Made by a program: the position numbers and the translations under genes
The notes under the pieces: generated by a model
What the model saw: the letters and a program-made list of their open reading frames with translations, nothing else
The model's database searches: none
What the model was told of the DNA's origin: nothing
Shown: one piece after another, positions 28,068-36,876 of the stretch
Position numbering within the stretch: position 1 is the first letter of the stretch
Layout: every line of letters begins with the position of its first letter
Assembly (NCBI GenBank): GCA_963664305.2
Contig: CAXXLV010000001.1
Coordinates: 224,001-288,000, forward strand
Reading direction: 5' to 3'
DNA length: 64,000 nt
Source of the DNA: an uncultured Aliarcobacter sp.
GTDB lineage: Bacteria > Campylobacterota > Campylobacteria > Campylobacterales > Arcobacteraceae

Positions 28068-30065
28068 CTATAGAGATTCTAGGTACTCATCAAATCCAAC
28101 AAGTTTAAAATCTATTAAAGAATCTAAATAAGGTTGAGTTAAAAATTGTTTTGCACTTGATATTTTAAGTTCTTGTATTAACTGTATTGCAGTTAAGAAA
28201 TCTGCATCAGGATCATTTAAAATAGCTTTTATTAATGAAATTTGAATTGAAGCATCATTATATCTTCCTGCTTCTAAAAGTGCTGCAACAATCAAATACA
28301 TTGTATATTTATCTTCTAATTTATATTCACTTTGTAAATATTCCAATGTTTTTATAGTTTCGTCAGGAAGATTGAAATGTAAATCTCTCAATGCTTTTGT
28401 TCTAAGATAAGAAGGAGTATTTTTACCTGTTATTTTTAAATCTGCTTTAGTAAATATTCCCAATGCTTTTAATATATCAATATAATATCTAGTAATAATC
28501 AATGGTCCATCTAAAAAATTGTTATTTAAAGTTAAAGGAATTGAATCTTGTAATCTTGAATGATAAACATAATCACTCTCTTTTTCTCTTCTTTGTACAA
28601 GTCTAATTAAAAATGTTAAAGGATCTTTTATATATTCATCCAATAACGGCTGATTTAATAAAGGTTGATTTTCATTCATTGCCTTTAAAAATTCCAATGA
28701 TTTATAAAAAATTGTATTCTCATAGTTTAATGGTTGATCAGCGAAAGTAAATTGTGGATTTAAAAATAATCTATAAATCTCTTTTCCAAAATAATTATAC
28801 AAACCATTACTAGTTTTAATAGTTGTTTCAATATATTCTTTATCTTTAATTTTTACATTTATTCTATTTGCTGATATTAAAAACATTGTAGAATAAAGTT
28901 TATTTCCTGGATTTAATTTATAGGCTTTTTCAAAATATTTAAAGGCATTGTGAAAATCATTTATCTGAGCACAAGAAAGTGCTAAATTATAATAAATATA
29001 TGATTTTGTATCTTTTGTTAACATTTTTTTTAATTCAGAAACTCTAATAATTGGGTCTTCTTTAACTATCTTTAAAAATTTTGAATTATAATCAACCATC
29101 TCTTCTAAATTTAGAATACTCTCTTTTTGACTATATATAAATCCTTTTACTGTATCATAAATAATTTCTTGAGAATCTGAAAAAATAAAAGGAGCAAAAT
29201 AAAAAATAAAATCAATCTTTCTTGATTCATCAAATTTTAAAACAGAATCAAAATACTGCTTTGAAGTAAATTTATTTTTATTGAAATAAATTTCTAGAGG
29301 TAATTCTATATTAGCTTTAAATGTACTTCTTCTTTCATTTATTAACTCTAATGTTTCTTTTAATTTATCTAATTGATTTAATTTTAAATCTGTAAAACTT
29401 AAAATCCATAAAATTTTATCTAATGTATTTGGATTAACATTTTGTTCTTTTGCTTTTCGTAATAATAATGAAGCTTTTTCATAATCTTTTAGTTTTATAT
29501 AAACAAGTGCTTTTTTTAAATCCATTGTATAATCCATTGAATTTAAAACTTCTAGCGCATTTTCATACTCTTTTAAAATTATATATGTATCAGCCAACAT
29601 TCTTTTAGTATGTTCAGAAAGGTTTTTATATTTTTTAGAAACTTTTACAATAGTATCAAGATACTTATTGTCTTTTGAAATTTGATATAAATAATAACAA
29701 GCTGACATATAAGAAAAAGTATCAGCTTTTACATTATTTTCATTTTCATATATCTTATTTAAATAAACAATTGCATTATCAATTGATCCCAATTTATAAT
29801 ATGCTATTCCCATGTTTAAAAAAGATGGTATTTGAAGTATTTTAGAAGTTTTTTTAAATAATTCTATAGCCTCTTCATACTCATTTTTACTTAAATGTAA
29901 AACTGCTTTATTAAAATCAACTTGTAATGCTAAATTTTCTTGTGATTTTTCTAATTTCTCAAATTGAAAAATTATTTCTGGCTGAGATTCGATTAAATCA
30001 TTAGCATTCAAAATAGAATTAAAAATATAAATAGTAAAAAATGTTTTGAACAATAATTTTATCAA
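28068..30065 (-). CDS. pflB: Periplasmic TPR protein, PflB-like
   Basis: TTG start, signal-peptide-like N-terminus, TPR motifs FLNMGIAYYKLG and YYNLALSCAQINDFHNAFKYFEKAYKLNPGN resembling remembered PflB repeats; flagellar context. Confidence 0.6.
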   Translation of the reverse strand: MIKLLFKTFFTIYIFNSILNANDLIESQPEIIFQFEKLEKSQENLALQVDFNKAVLHLSKNEYEEAIELFKKTSKILQIPSFLNMGIAYYKLGSIDNAIVYLNKIYENENNVKADTFSYMSACYYLYQISKDNKYLDTIVKVSKKYKNLSEHTKRMLADTYIILKEYENALEVLNSMDYTMDLKKALVYIKLKDYEKASLLLRKAKEQNVNPNTLDKILWILSFTDLKLNQLDKLKETLELINERRSTFKANIELPLEIYFNKNKFTSKQYFDSVLKFDESRKIDFIFYFAPFIFSDSQEIIYDTVKGFIYSQKESILNLEEMVDYNSKFLKIVKEDPIIRVSELKKMLTKDTKSYIYYNLALSCAQINDFHNAFKYFEKAYKLNPGNKLYSTMFLISANRINVKIKDKEYIETTIKTSNGLYNYFGKEIYRLFLNPQFTFADQPLNYENTIFYKSLEFLKAMNENQPLLNQPLLDEYIKDPLTFLIRLVQRREKESDYVYHSRLQDSIPLTLNNNFLDGPLIITRYYIDILKALGIFTKADLKITGKNTPSYLRTKALRDLHFNLPDETIKTLEYLQSEYKLEDKYTMYLIVAALLEAGRYNDASIQISLIKAILNDPDADFLTAIQLIQELKISSAKQFLTQPYLDSLIDFKLVGFDEYLESL

Positions 30066-30074
30066 AATATTAGC

Positions 30075-30404
30075 CTAAACCATTGCATTAACTTGAGCAT
30101 ATAATTCTTCATTTCTTTTTTCTAAATCATCAACTCTATTTTTTAAATTCATATTTTCTAATCTTAATTCTTGTAAATCGTCTCTTGCAACTTGGAGATT
30201 ACCTTGATTATTTTTTAATGTATTTGCACTAATCTTAACTTGTTTTTCATATCTTTCAATAAGGCTCTCTAATTTAGCCATATCTTCTTCTATGATATTT
30301 TTTTCTTCATTTAATTTTCTATATAAAGATTTGTACACATTAGCACTTGAAAAGAAATATAATAATAATACGCCAAGTACTGCAATTAATAAAAAATTTT
30401 CCAA
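30075..30404 (-). CDS. Hypothetical protein, N-terminal TM helix plus coiled coil
   Basis: TTG start with AGGA RBS; hydrophobic N-terminus; heptad-rich remainder. Confidence 0.75.
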   Translation of the reverse strand: MENFLLIAVLGVLLLYFFSSANVYKSLYRKLNEEKNIIEEDMAKLESLIERYEKQVKISANTLKNNQGNLQVARDDLQELRLENMNLKNRVDDLEKRNEELYAQVNAMV

Positions 30405-30420
30405 AATTATCCTACCAAAT

Positions 30421-30449
30421 TAAATAGAGTAAATTAATTACTCTATTTA
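30421..30449 (-). terminator. Stem-loop immediately 3' of flgE (terminator or mRNA-stabilising hairpin)
   Basis: TAAATAGAGTAA-attaa-TTACTCTATTTA, a perfect 12-bp stem. Confidence 0.65.
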
Positions 30450-30454
30450 TAAAA

Positions 30455-32581
30455 TTATCTTTTTAAGTTTATTAATGTATTTAATAAATCGTCAGATGTT
30501 GTAATTGATTTAGCATTAGCTTCAAATGCTCTTTGGAATACCATAAGATTAACTAAACTTTCACTTAAATCAGCTGTACTTAATTCTAATGTTTTTCCCA
30601 TAACAGAAGCTGTTTTATTATTATTTAAATTGTAAACAGGATCTCCTGATTCATTTGTTTTTGCTAATAAGTTATTCCCAACTGGATTTAATCCTCTATT
30701 ATTATTAAATACTGCAATTGCAATTTGTCCAATTGCGAACTCTGCACCATCTTGTTTCATTGTGATTAAACCTGTACTATCAACTGAGAATTCTCCAAAT
30801 GCTGAATCTGAGATTCCTAATGTATCAAGTCTTAATTGTAAGCTTCCTTTTGATGATGTTTGATCAACTTTATTTACTATTTCAATAAACTCAGCTCCAG
30901 CACCTTTTCTTCCTGAATAATTTGCATTTACATCTATTGGAGTTAAATTCCCAACTATTCCAGCTGCTGTTCCAGTATTATCATCTGAAACTTTTAACGT
31001 ACCTGTAAATTCAACATCATAATTTTCATCTAATGTTTGAATTACTAAATTACCATTTACATTTCTTGCTTCAACATATTTTGATAAATCTGGATTAGCA
31101 TTTATTTGAGAAACAAAATCATCAACAGTAGATGCATTATCAATTACCATTTCAACAACTTGAGGCGGTGTTGCACCATCATTTGGAACAGGAATATTTT
31201 GTCCTAATTCTTTATCAAAAATTGTTATTGCATAAGTAAAGTCTCTTTGTGTTCCATCTAATATTTGAGTTGGAGTATACACATCTTGTTGTTTACCAGT
31301 TATCAATTTTGATAAAGCGTCTCTTGATGTTTCTAATCCAGCAATTCCAGAACCTTTTTCAGCTGAAGTGGTTGTTTGGTAATTTCCTTGAATAGTTACA
31401 CCACTAGCTACTTCACCTACTTCAGAAATTTTAAATTCTTCACCAGGTATTAATGATTTTATTTGAATAATACCTTTTAACATATCTCCTGAATTTGTTG
31501 ATGCAGTATAACTTTCACCTGTATTAAATACATCTGCTCTTCCTGAATCAATTGCCATTGTAGCAACTAATCCAGGTATTTGAGATATTTGATCTGCTAA
31601 AGCTTTATAAGTCGCTATCTTCCCTGCAGCTTTATCATATGCAGCAATTGCAGCTTCATATGCTGGTGTTGTAGGAGATGGAGCCGGTACTAATGTTGAA
31701 GGGTCTGTTAATCCCTCAGCTGTTCTATCTGCTACACTTAAAGAATCCCATAAATCTTGTCTAAATGATTGAGTTGATGAAGTAACTAAGAAATTTTGTG
31801 AATATTTATTTCCATCGATATATACATAAATTTGATGCCCATCACTACCTATTATTGAATCTGATCCAGATTTAAAATTAATTTGAGATGTTTGAGCAAT
31901 AGATGTTGCAGATAAAGCATCTGGTTCATCTTTTAATTTTTGTAACCAAGAAGTATAATCTTTAATTGCTTCTTCAATATCTGATACTTTTGCTGATTTA
32001 GTTTTTGCACCATCACCACTAAATACAGTCGTTGAATCAGATTTTGCCGTTAAACTATAATCAGTTGACTTTGCTGTAACTGTTTCTACATAAGTACTAT
32101 GTCTAATTACTTTTGAACTTAGTAATTTTGTATAATCTGAAGTGAATACACTTGTATTTGGATTTGTACTAGTTACATCTTTTTGACTATCAATTGGACT
32201 CATCATCCAACCTTGAACTTCATTACCACCAGCATCTTGAAGGGTTCCATTGTCACCCATTCTAAAGTTTCCTGCTCGTGTATAATAAGTCTCAGCTGTA
32301 CCTATAGTATTTTTATTAATAACACTAAAAAATCCATCACCATCTAATGCCATATCATAATTTACACCAGTTAATTTAGTACCACCCTGAGTGTATAGCT
32401 TTTCAGAATCAAGTATTAATGATCCTTTTCCTATTCTATCTTGATACATTTGATCCGCAAAAGAAATTCTTGAAGCTTTATATCCAATTGTATTTACGTT
32501 TGCAATATTATTAGATTCATTATCTAATGCTTTTTGTTGTGAGGCTAATCCTGAGATCCCTGTCCAAAGTGCACCTATCAT
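30455..32581 (-). CDS. flgE: Flagellar hook protein FlgE (long paralogue)
   Basis: SNNIANVNTIGYK, YTRAGNF, LELSTADLSESLVNLMVFQRAFEANAKSITTSD. Confidence 0.92.
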   Translation of the reverse strand: MIGALWTGISGLASQQKALDNESNNIANVNTIGYKASRISFADQMYQDRIGKGSLILDSEKLYTQGGTKLTGVNYDMALDGDGFFSVINKNTIGTAETYYTRAGNFRMGDNGTLQDAGGNEVQGWMMSPIDSQKDVTSTNPNTSVFTSDYTKLLSSKVIRHSTYVETVTAKSTDYSLTAKSDSTTVFSGDGAKTKSAKVSDIEEAIKDYTSWLQKLKDEPDALSATSIAQTSQINFKSGSDSIIGSDGHQIYVYIDGNKYSQNFLVTSSTQSFRQDLWDSLSVADRTAEGLTDPSTLVPAPSPTTPAYEAAIAAYDKAAGKIATYKALADQISQIPGLVATMAIDSGRADVFNTGESYTASTNSGDMLKGIIQIKSLIPGEEFKISEVGEVASGVTIQGNYQTTTSAEKGSGIAGLETSRDALSKLITGKQQDVYTPTQILDGTQRDFTYAITIFDKELGQNIPVPNDGATPPQVVEMVIDNASTVDDFVSQINANPDLSKYVEARNVNGNLVIQTLDENYDVEFTGTLKVSDDNTGTAAGIVGNLTPIDVNANYSGRKGAGAEFIEIVNKVDQTSSKGSLQLRLDTLGISDSAFGEFSVDSTGLITMKQDGAEFAIGQIAIAVFNNNRGLNPVGNNLLAKTNESGDPVYNLNNNKTASVMGKTLELSTADLSESLVNLMVFQRAFEANAKSITTSDDLLNTLINLKR

Positions 32582-32626
32582 GATATATCCTTTATATTAA
32601 GGTTTAATGAACTTTATATATGTTCA

Positions 32627-32658
32627 TATATTAATACTTTAATTAAAGTACTAATATA
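32627..32658 (-). terminator. Stem-loop between the two flgE paralogues
   Basis: On the mRNA strand UAUAUUAGUACUUU-AAUU-AAAGUAUUAAUAUA, a 14-bp stem with one G-U pair. Confidence 0.55.
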
Positions 32659-32664
32659 AAAACA

Positions 32665-34134
32665 CTATCTTATCATATCTATAGCAGTTTTTATAAACTC
32701 ATCTGAAGTAGTAATAGATTTTGAATTTGCTTCAAATGCTTTTTGATAAATTAATAATGTACTTAAAGTATTTCCGAAATTAATATTAGCATTTTCTAAA
32801 GAATTTGAAACTAGTGTATTCATTTTATCAGCATTATATGGTGTTCCTGATTCTTTAGTTTCTCTAAAATAATTTCCACCCTCTGCGTCTAATCCTTGCA
32901 CATTTTTAAAGTTTGCTGTTGATATTTTTCCTACTAAAAAATCATTATCACCTTCAGAAACGTAAACAAATCCATCATTTGAAATTGAAACCTCACCTTT
33001 TGCATCAGGTACTAATCCTAAAGAATTTAATCTAAGATTTATTTCACTATTACCAATCACTGCATTATTACCATATGCCAAAATATTTGTTATTTCCAAA
33101 AATTTTCCATCAGCTTTTTCAATAGCATTTTTTAATGCATTTCTAGATGTCTCCACCATAGCTAAACCTGAACCTAAAGTTGGATTTTGTAATTTAGATA
33201 CAGGTGCATATTCACTATTTACATTTGCATCAATAAGTGTAAACTCTTTTCCTGCAACTAATCCTTCAATAGTCAATATTCCTGTGTTTGTATCTACACT
33301 TGATTTAAATCCCTGACTATTTGAAATTCTGTCTGATAAATTTTTTAATGTTGTTTCTATATTTGTATCAAAATTTTCTCTTATTACACTATTATTAATT
33401 TTCACAGATATATAATCATTTTCATTTGTTAATTGACTTAACAATGAAGAAAAATCAACTTGCGAAATCTGAGGTAAAGAAGGCACTGATACTGCATCAG
33501 GGTTAGATTGGAAAAGTTTTAATTTTTCTATATAATCACTTCGTAATAATTCAGCATCGTTTATTTTTGAACTTGCGGTTTTGTAATTATTACCTTTTTG
33601 TGCATCTAAATCATCTATTGCTGATGAATAAAAATCTGTTGATTTTGCATTTACATTATATACTGTAATATCATTACTAATATCTAAAGAAGTGATATTT
33701 CTTGAAAATTCATTTGAAAAACTACTATCTGCAGCATTTGTTGAAACAACTGTTCTATTTTGAGGTAATAGTCCTAATACCTTCAAATTATTTTGTGATT
33801 CTAAAATTCCATCTTCTGCTTGTTGAAAATTACCTGCTCTTGTATAAAATGTTTCACCTGTCATTCTATCAGTTAAAATAAAAAAACCGTCCCCCTCTAT
33901 TGCAACATCCAAATTCACATTTGTTTGTTTAACATATCCTTGAGTAAATTGTTTATCTATACTTTGAGTTCCAACACCTTTTCCATATCTTGATTTGTAC
34001 ATTAAATCTTCAAATGTTATATCATCAAGTTTATGTCCAACAGTATTTGAATTTGAAGCATTATTTGATTCAACAGAAATCGCTTTGTCGAAGGTAGATA
34101 TACCTGTCATTCCATTCCATAATGCTCCAATCAT
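32665..34134 (-). CDS. flgE: Second hook-family protein (FlgE paralogue, short)
   Basis: SNNASNSNTVGHK, YTRAGNF, YQKAFEANSKSITTSDE; downstream of flgD. Confidence 0.85.
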   Translation of the reverse strand: MIGALWNGMTGISTFDKAISVESNNASNSNTVGHKLDDITFEDLMYKSRYGKGVGTQSIDKQFTQGYVKQTNVNLDVAIEGDGFFILTDRMTGETFYTRAGNFQQAEDGILESQNNLKVLGLLPQNRTVVSTNAADSSFSNEFSRNITSLDISNDITVYNVNAKSTDFYSSAIDDLDAQKGNNYKTASSKINDAELLRSDYIEKLKLFQSNPDAVSVPSLPQISQVDFSSLLSQLTNENDYISVKINNSVIRENFDTNIETTLKNLSDRISNSQGFKSSVDTNTGILTIEGLVAGKEFTLIDANVNSEYAPVSKLQNPTLGSGLAMVETSRNALKNAIEKADGKFLEITNILAYGNNAVIGNSEINLRLNSLGLVPDAKGEVSISNDGFVYVSEGDNDFLVGKISTANFKNVQGLDAEGGNYFRETKESGTPYNADKMNTLVSNSLENANINFGNTLSTLLIYQKAFEANSKSITTSDEFIKTAIDMIR

Positions 34135-34143
34135 TCTTTTTCC

Positions 34144-34824
34144 TTAAAAGATTTTTGTTATTGATGAAAATGGTAAGCTAGTTAGCTGATCAGAATAAAC
34201 TGCAGTTGATACTCCTGCTAATACATAATTATGATCAGTAATCGATTCATTATTTTCATCTAAAATTGTTAATTTACCATCACTTACTAATGGTGTACCT
34301 GGAGAAGTTAATACAATTTTTTTACCTGTTTTATTACCATTTTCATCTAATATTTCACCATTAACATTATAATTAACAGTTGTATTTTTTGTTGAATCAG
34401 TTGGATCTTGTAATATAACTTTATCTTCAAGATATAAAATTTGTTGTGCTTTTACTTGAATTTCCCCATCAACATTCTCTATTGATCTAACAGTATATGC
34501 CTTTGTTATACCATCTTCTCCAACATTACCATCTTCAACATTTTTTCCAATAATACCTGTTGCATTAGATAATGCAGTTTGTGAATAAGCTGTTTGCATT
34601 GCTTGCATCGCTTTAATCATTTCTTGATTTGTATTTATTGTAGACATTTGCATCTGAGTTGATAACATCTGTGCAGAATCCATAGGTTTTGTTGGATCTT
34701 GCAATTTTAACTCTTGAATCATTAATTTTAAGAAGTCATTACTTGTCAACTGATCATTACTAATTGCAGTTGTATATGAATTGCCATCAACTCCAACATT
34801 TGAACTTACTGAAACCTCTGCCAT
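34144..34824 (-). CDS. flgD: Hook capping protein FlgD
   Basis: FLKLMIQELKLQDPTKPMD motif. Confidence 0.93.
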   Translation of the reverse strand: MAEVSVSSNVGVDGNSYTTAISNDQLTSNDFLKLMIQELKLQDPTKPMDSAQMLSTQMQMSTINTNQEMIKAMQAMQTAYSQTALSNATGIIGKNVEDGNVGEDGITKAYTVRSIENVDGEIQVKAQQILYLEDKVILQDPTDSTKNTTVNYNVNGEILDENGNKTGKKIVLTSPGTPLVSDGKLTILDENNESITDHNYVLAGVSTAVYSDQLTSLPFSSITKIF

Positions 34825-34833
34825 TTTATTCTC

Positions 34834-35121
34834 CTAAATCATATGTTCTTCAAAGAAGTACCTAACTACATTATCAGAATCCATTGAATCTTGAACTCTC
34901 ACAGCCAATTTATCATCAATTACAATGATATCACCTGTACCAATAATTCTTGAATTGACATATATCTCTCCACCTGAACCAGCTGGCTTATGTAAAGAAA
35001 TAATATCTCCATCTCCCAATCTAAGAAACTCGGAAATACTAATATTTGTATTACCTAGCATTACATCAACAACTATTTCGGTATCTACTAATAAATCGTA
35101 TTCTCTTTCACTAATTTCCAT
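34834..35121 (-). CDS. fliN: C-ring switch protein FliN
   Basis: 95-aa SpoA domain (LHKPAGS..EIYVNSRIIGTGDIIVIDDKLAVRV). Confidence 0.88.
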   Translation of the reverse strand: MEISEREYDLLVDTEIVVDVMLGNTNISISEFLRLGDGDIISLHKPAGSGGEIYVNSRIIGTGDIIVIDDKLAVRVQDSMDSDNVVRYFFEEHMI

Positions 35122-35151
35122 ATTAAATACTTTGTCAAATTATTTTACTAA

Positions 35152-35160
35152 ATTATATCA
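35152..35160 (-). promoter_or_regulatory. Extended -10 sigma70 promoter for fliN-flgD-flgE
   Basis: Minus strand TGaTATAAT about 30 nt upstream of the fliN ATG. Confidence 0.6.
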
Positions 35161-35198
35161 TAAGTTTAAGAATTTATAGCCTATAAGATTATTTATAG

Positions 35199-35858
35199 CT
35201 ATATTACTAAATCTAATGATTCTAACATAGAAGCAACTTTTGCTTCTATATTTCCATCAAAATTACCTAAATCACTAGCTATTACAACTCCACCAGCTAC
35301 AACATTTGGATCTTGATGAAGTTCAATAAAAGCTTCCAAATTTAGTTGAGATTTCAAAATTGCATAATCTTTAGGATTTAAATGTATCTGTACTTTTGAT
35401 GCTGTTTTTATTTTTTCAAGAACATGAGAAATCGTTTGTTTTGCAATTTTTGCAGAATTTTCTCCAACTTCAATATTAATAATCTTTTGAGCAATTGCAA
35501 TTGAAGTTTTTAATAATTTAGTTTCCATTTGAAAAGTTGCTTGTTCAAAAAATGCTGCATAATGTTTCAAATCTTTTATTGCTTGAACAACTTGTGCATC
35601 TACATCTTTTCCTTTTATTCCATCATTTTCAATATTAGTCACTTTTTGAGAAATTTCATTTAATTTTTGACTTAAATTTCTTACTTCTATCAATAAAGGA
35701 TCAACTTTTCCATTAATTTCTCTATCATCTAAAATTGCATTTGAATTAGATACAGTATTTGTTTCAACTGGACTATTTATAAAACTACCTAATTCATATT
35801 TTTGAACTTCGTCATTTTTGCTTATAATTTTAGCACTTGAATATACATTATCTGCCAT
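35199..35858 (-). CDS. fliH: Flagellar assembly protein FliH
   Basis: IHLNPKDY, GGVVIASDLGNFDGNI; follows fliG. Confidence 0.9.
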   Translation of the reverse strand: MADNVYSSAKIISKNDEVQKYELGSFINSPVETNTVSNSNAILDDREINGKVDPLLIEVRNLSQKLNEISQKVTNIENDGIKGKDVDAQVVQAIKDLKHYAAFFEQATFQMETKLLKTSIAIAQKIINIEVGENSAKIAKQTISHVLEKIKTASKVQIHLNPKDYAILKSQLNLEAFIELHQDPNVVAGGVVIASDLGNFDGNIEAKVASMLESLDLVI

Positions 35859-36865
35859 TAGTTATTCTCTCTATCAATTAATCCATCTTCTATAAGCTTT
35901 TGAGCAACATCAAGCATTTTTCTTTGTGCAGCTTCTATATCTTTAATTTTAACTTTTGTAGTCATTTCAAACTCTTCTTTAAATCTATCTCTAGCTCTTT
36001 GTGACATTGAATTTGTTACTTTTTCCATAGCATCTTCAGTTGCATTTTTCATCGCAATTACAACATCATTTGTTTCAACATTTTGCAAAATTTTCATAAT
36101 ATGTTCTGTTTCTAAATTTAATAAATCTTCAAATACAAACATATTTTCTTTTATTTTTGTTGCTAATGAAGTATCAATACCATTGATATTTTTTAAAATA
36201 TCTTGTGCTTTTGGACCTAATTTATTTAACATATCTGCAACAACTTTTACTCCACCAACATCAACAATAGATGATAGTAAAGATTCTAGTTTTTTCTCTA
36301 AAACTACAGAAATAGTTCTTACAACATCAGGAGAAACATCTTTGATTGTTGCAATCTGAATTGTAACTTTAACTCTTATCTCTTCATCTAATTGCATTAA
36401 AACCTCTGCAGATTTTGCAGGATCCATATGAGATAAAATAACAGCAATTGTATGTGGTGATTCATCTTTAATGAAATCACTTAACTGTTTTGGATTAATT
36501 CCATCAAGATACGAAAATGCTTGCGAAGCAAGTTTCATTTTTGAAAGTTTTGCTAAAACTTCATCAGCTTCTGCTTTTCCTAATGATTTATATAAAATAT
36601 CTCTTGCAAAATCATATCCACCAGAACTAATAAAACCTTTTGTTCTTACATATAAATGGAACTCTTCAAGTATTGCTAAAGATACTTCTTTATTAATCGA
36701 TGATATTTGAGTAATTGCAGTAGAAATATTTTCTACCATATCTTTTTCTAAATGCTGAAAAATTTTAACTGTAGAATCTTCACCTATTAAAACGAAAAAT
36801 CTAGCTACTTTTTCTAGCATTGACATTCCTTTTAGAATGTCATGTTCATTTCTACTTTCTGCCAT
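35858..36865 (-). CDS. fliG: Motor switch protein FliG
   Basis: ESPHTIAVILS, GGVKVVADMLN, MFVFEDL, MSQRA. Confidence 0.97.
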   Translation of the reverse strand: MAESRNEHDILKGMSMLEKVARFFVLIGEDSTVKIFQHLEKDMVENISTAITQISSINKEVSLAILEEFHLYVRTKGFISSGGYDFARDILYKSLGKAEADEVLAKLSKMKLASQAFSYLDGINPKQLSDFIKDESPHTIAVILSHMDPAKSAEVLMQLDEEIRVKVTIQIATIKDVSPDVVRTISVVLEKKLESLLSSIVDVGGVKVVADMLNKLGPKAQDILKNINGIDTSLATKIKENMFVFEDLLNLETEHIMKILQNVETNDVVIAMKNATEDAMEKVTNSMSQRARDRFKEEFEMTTKVKIKDIEAAQRKMLDVAQKLIEDGLIDRENN

Positions 36866-36876
36866 TTATTAGCCTT

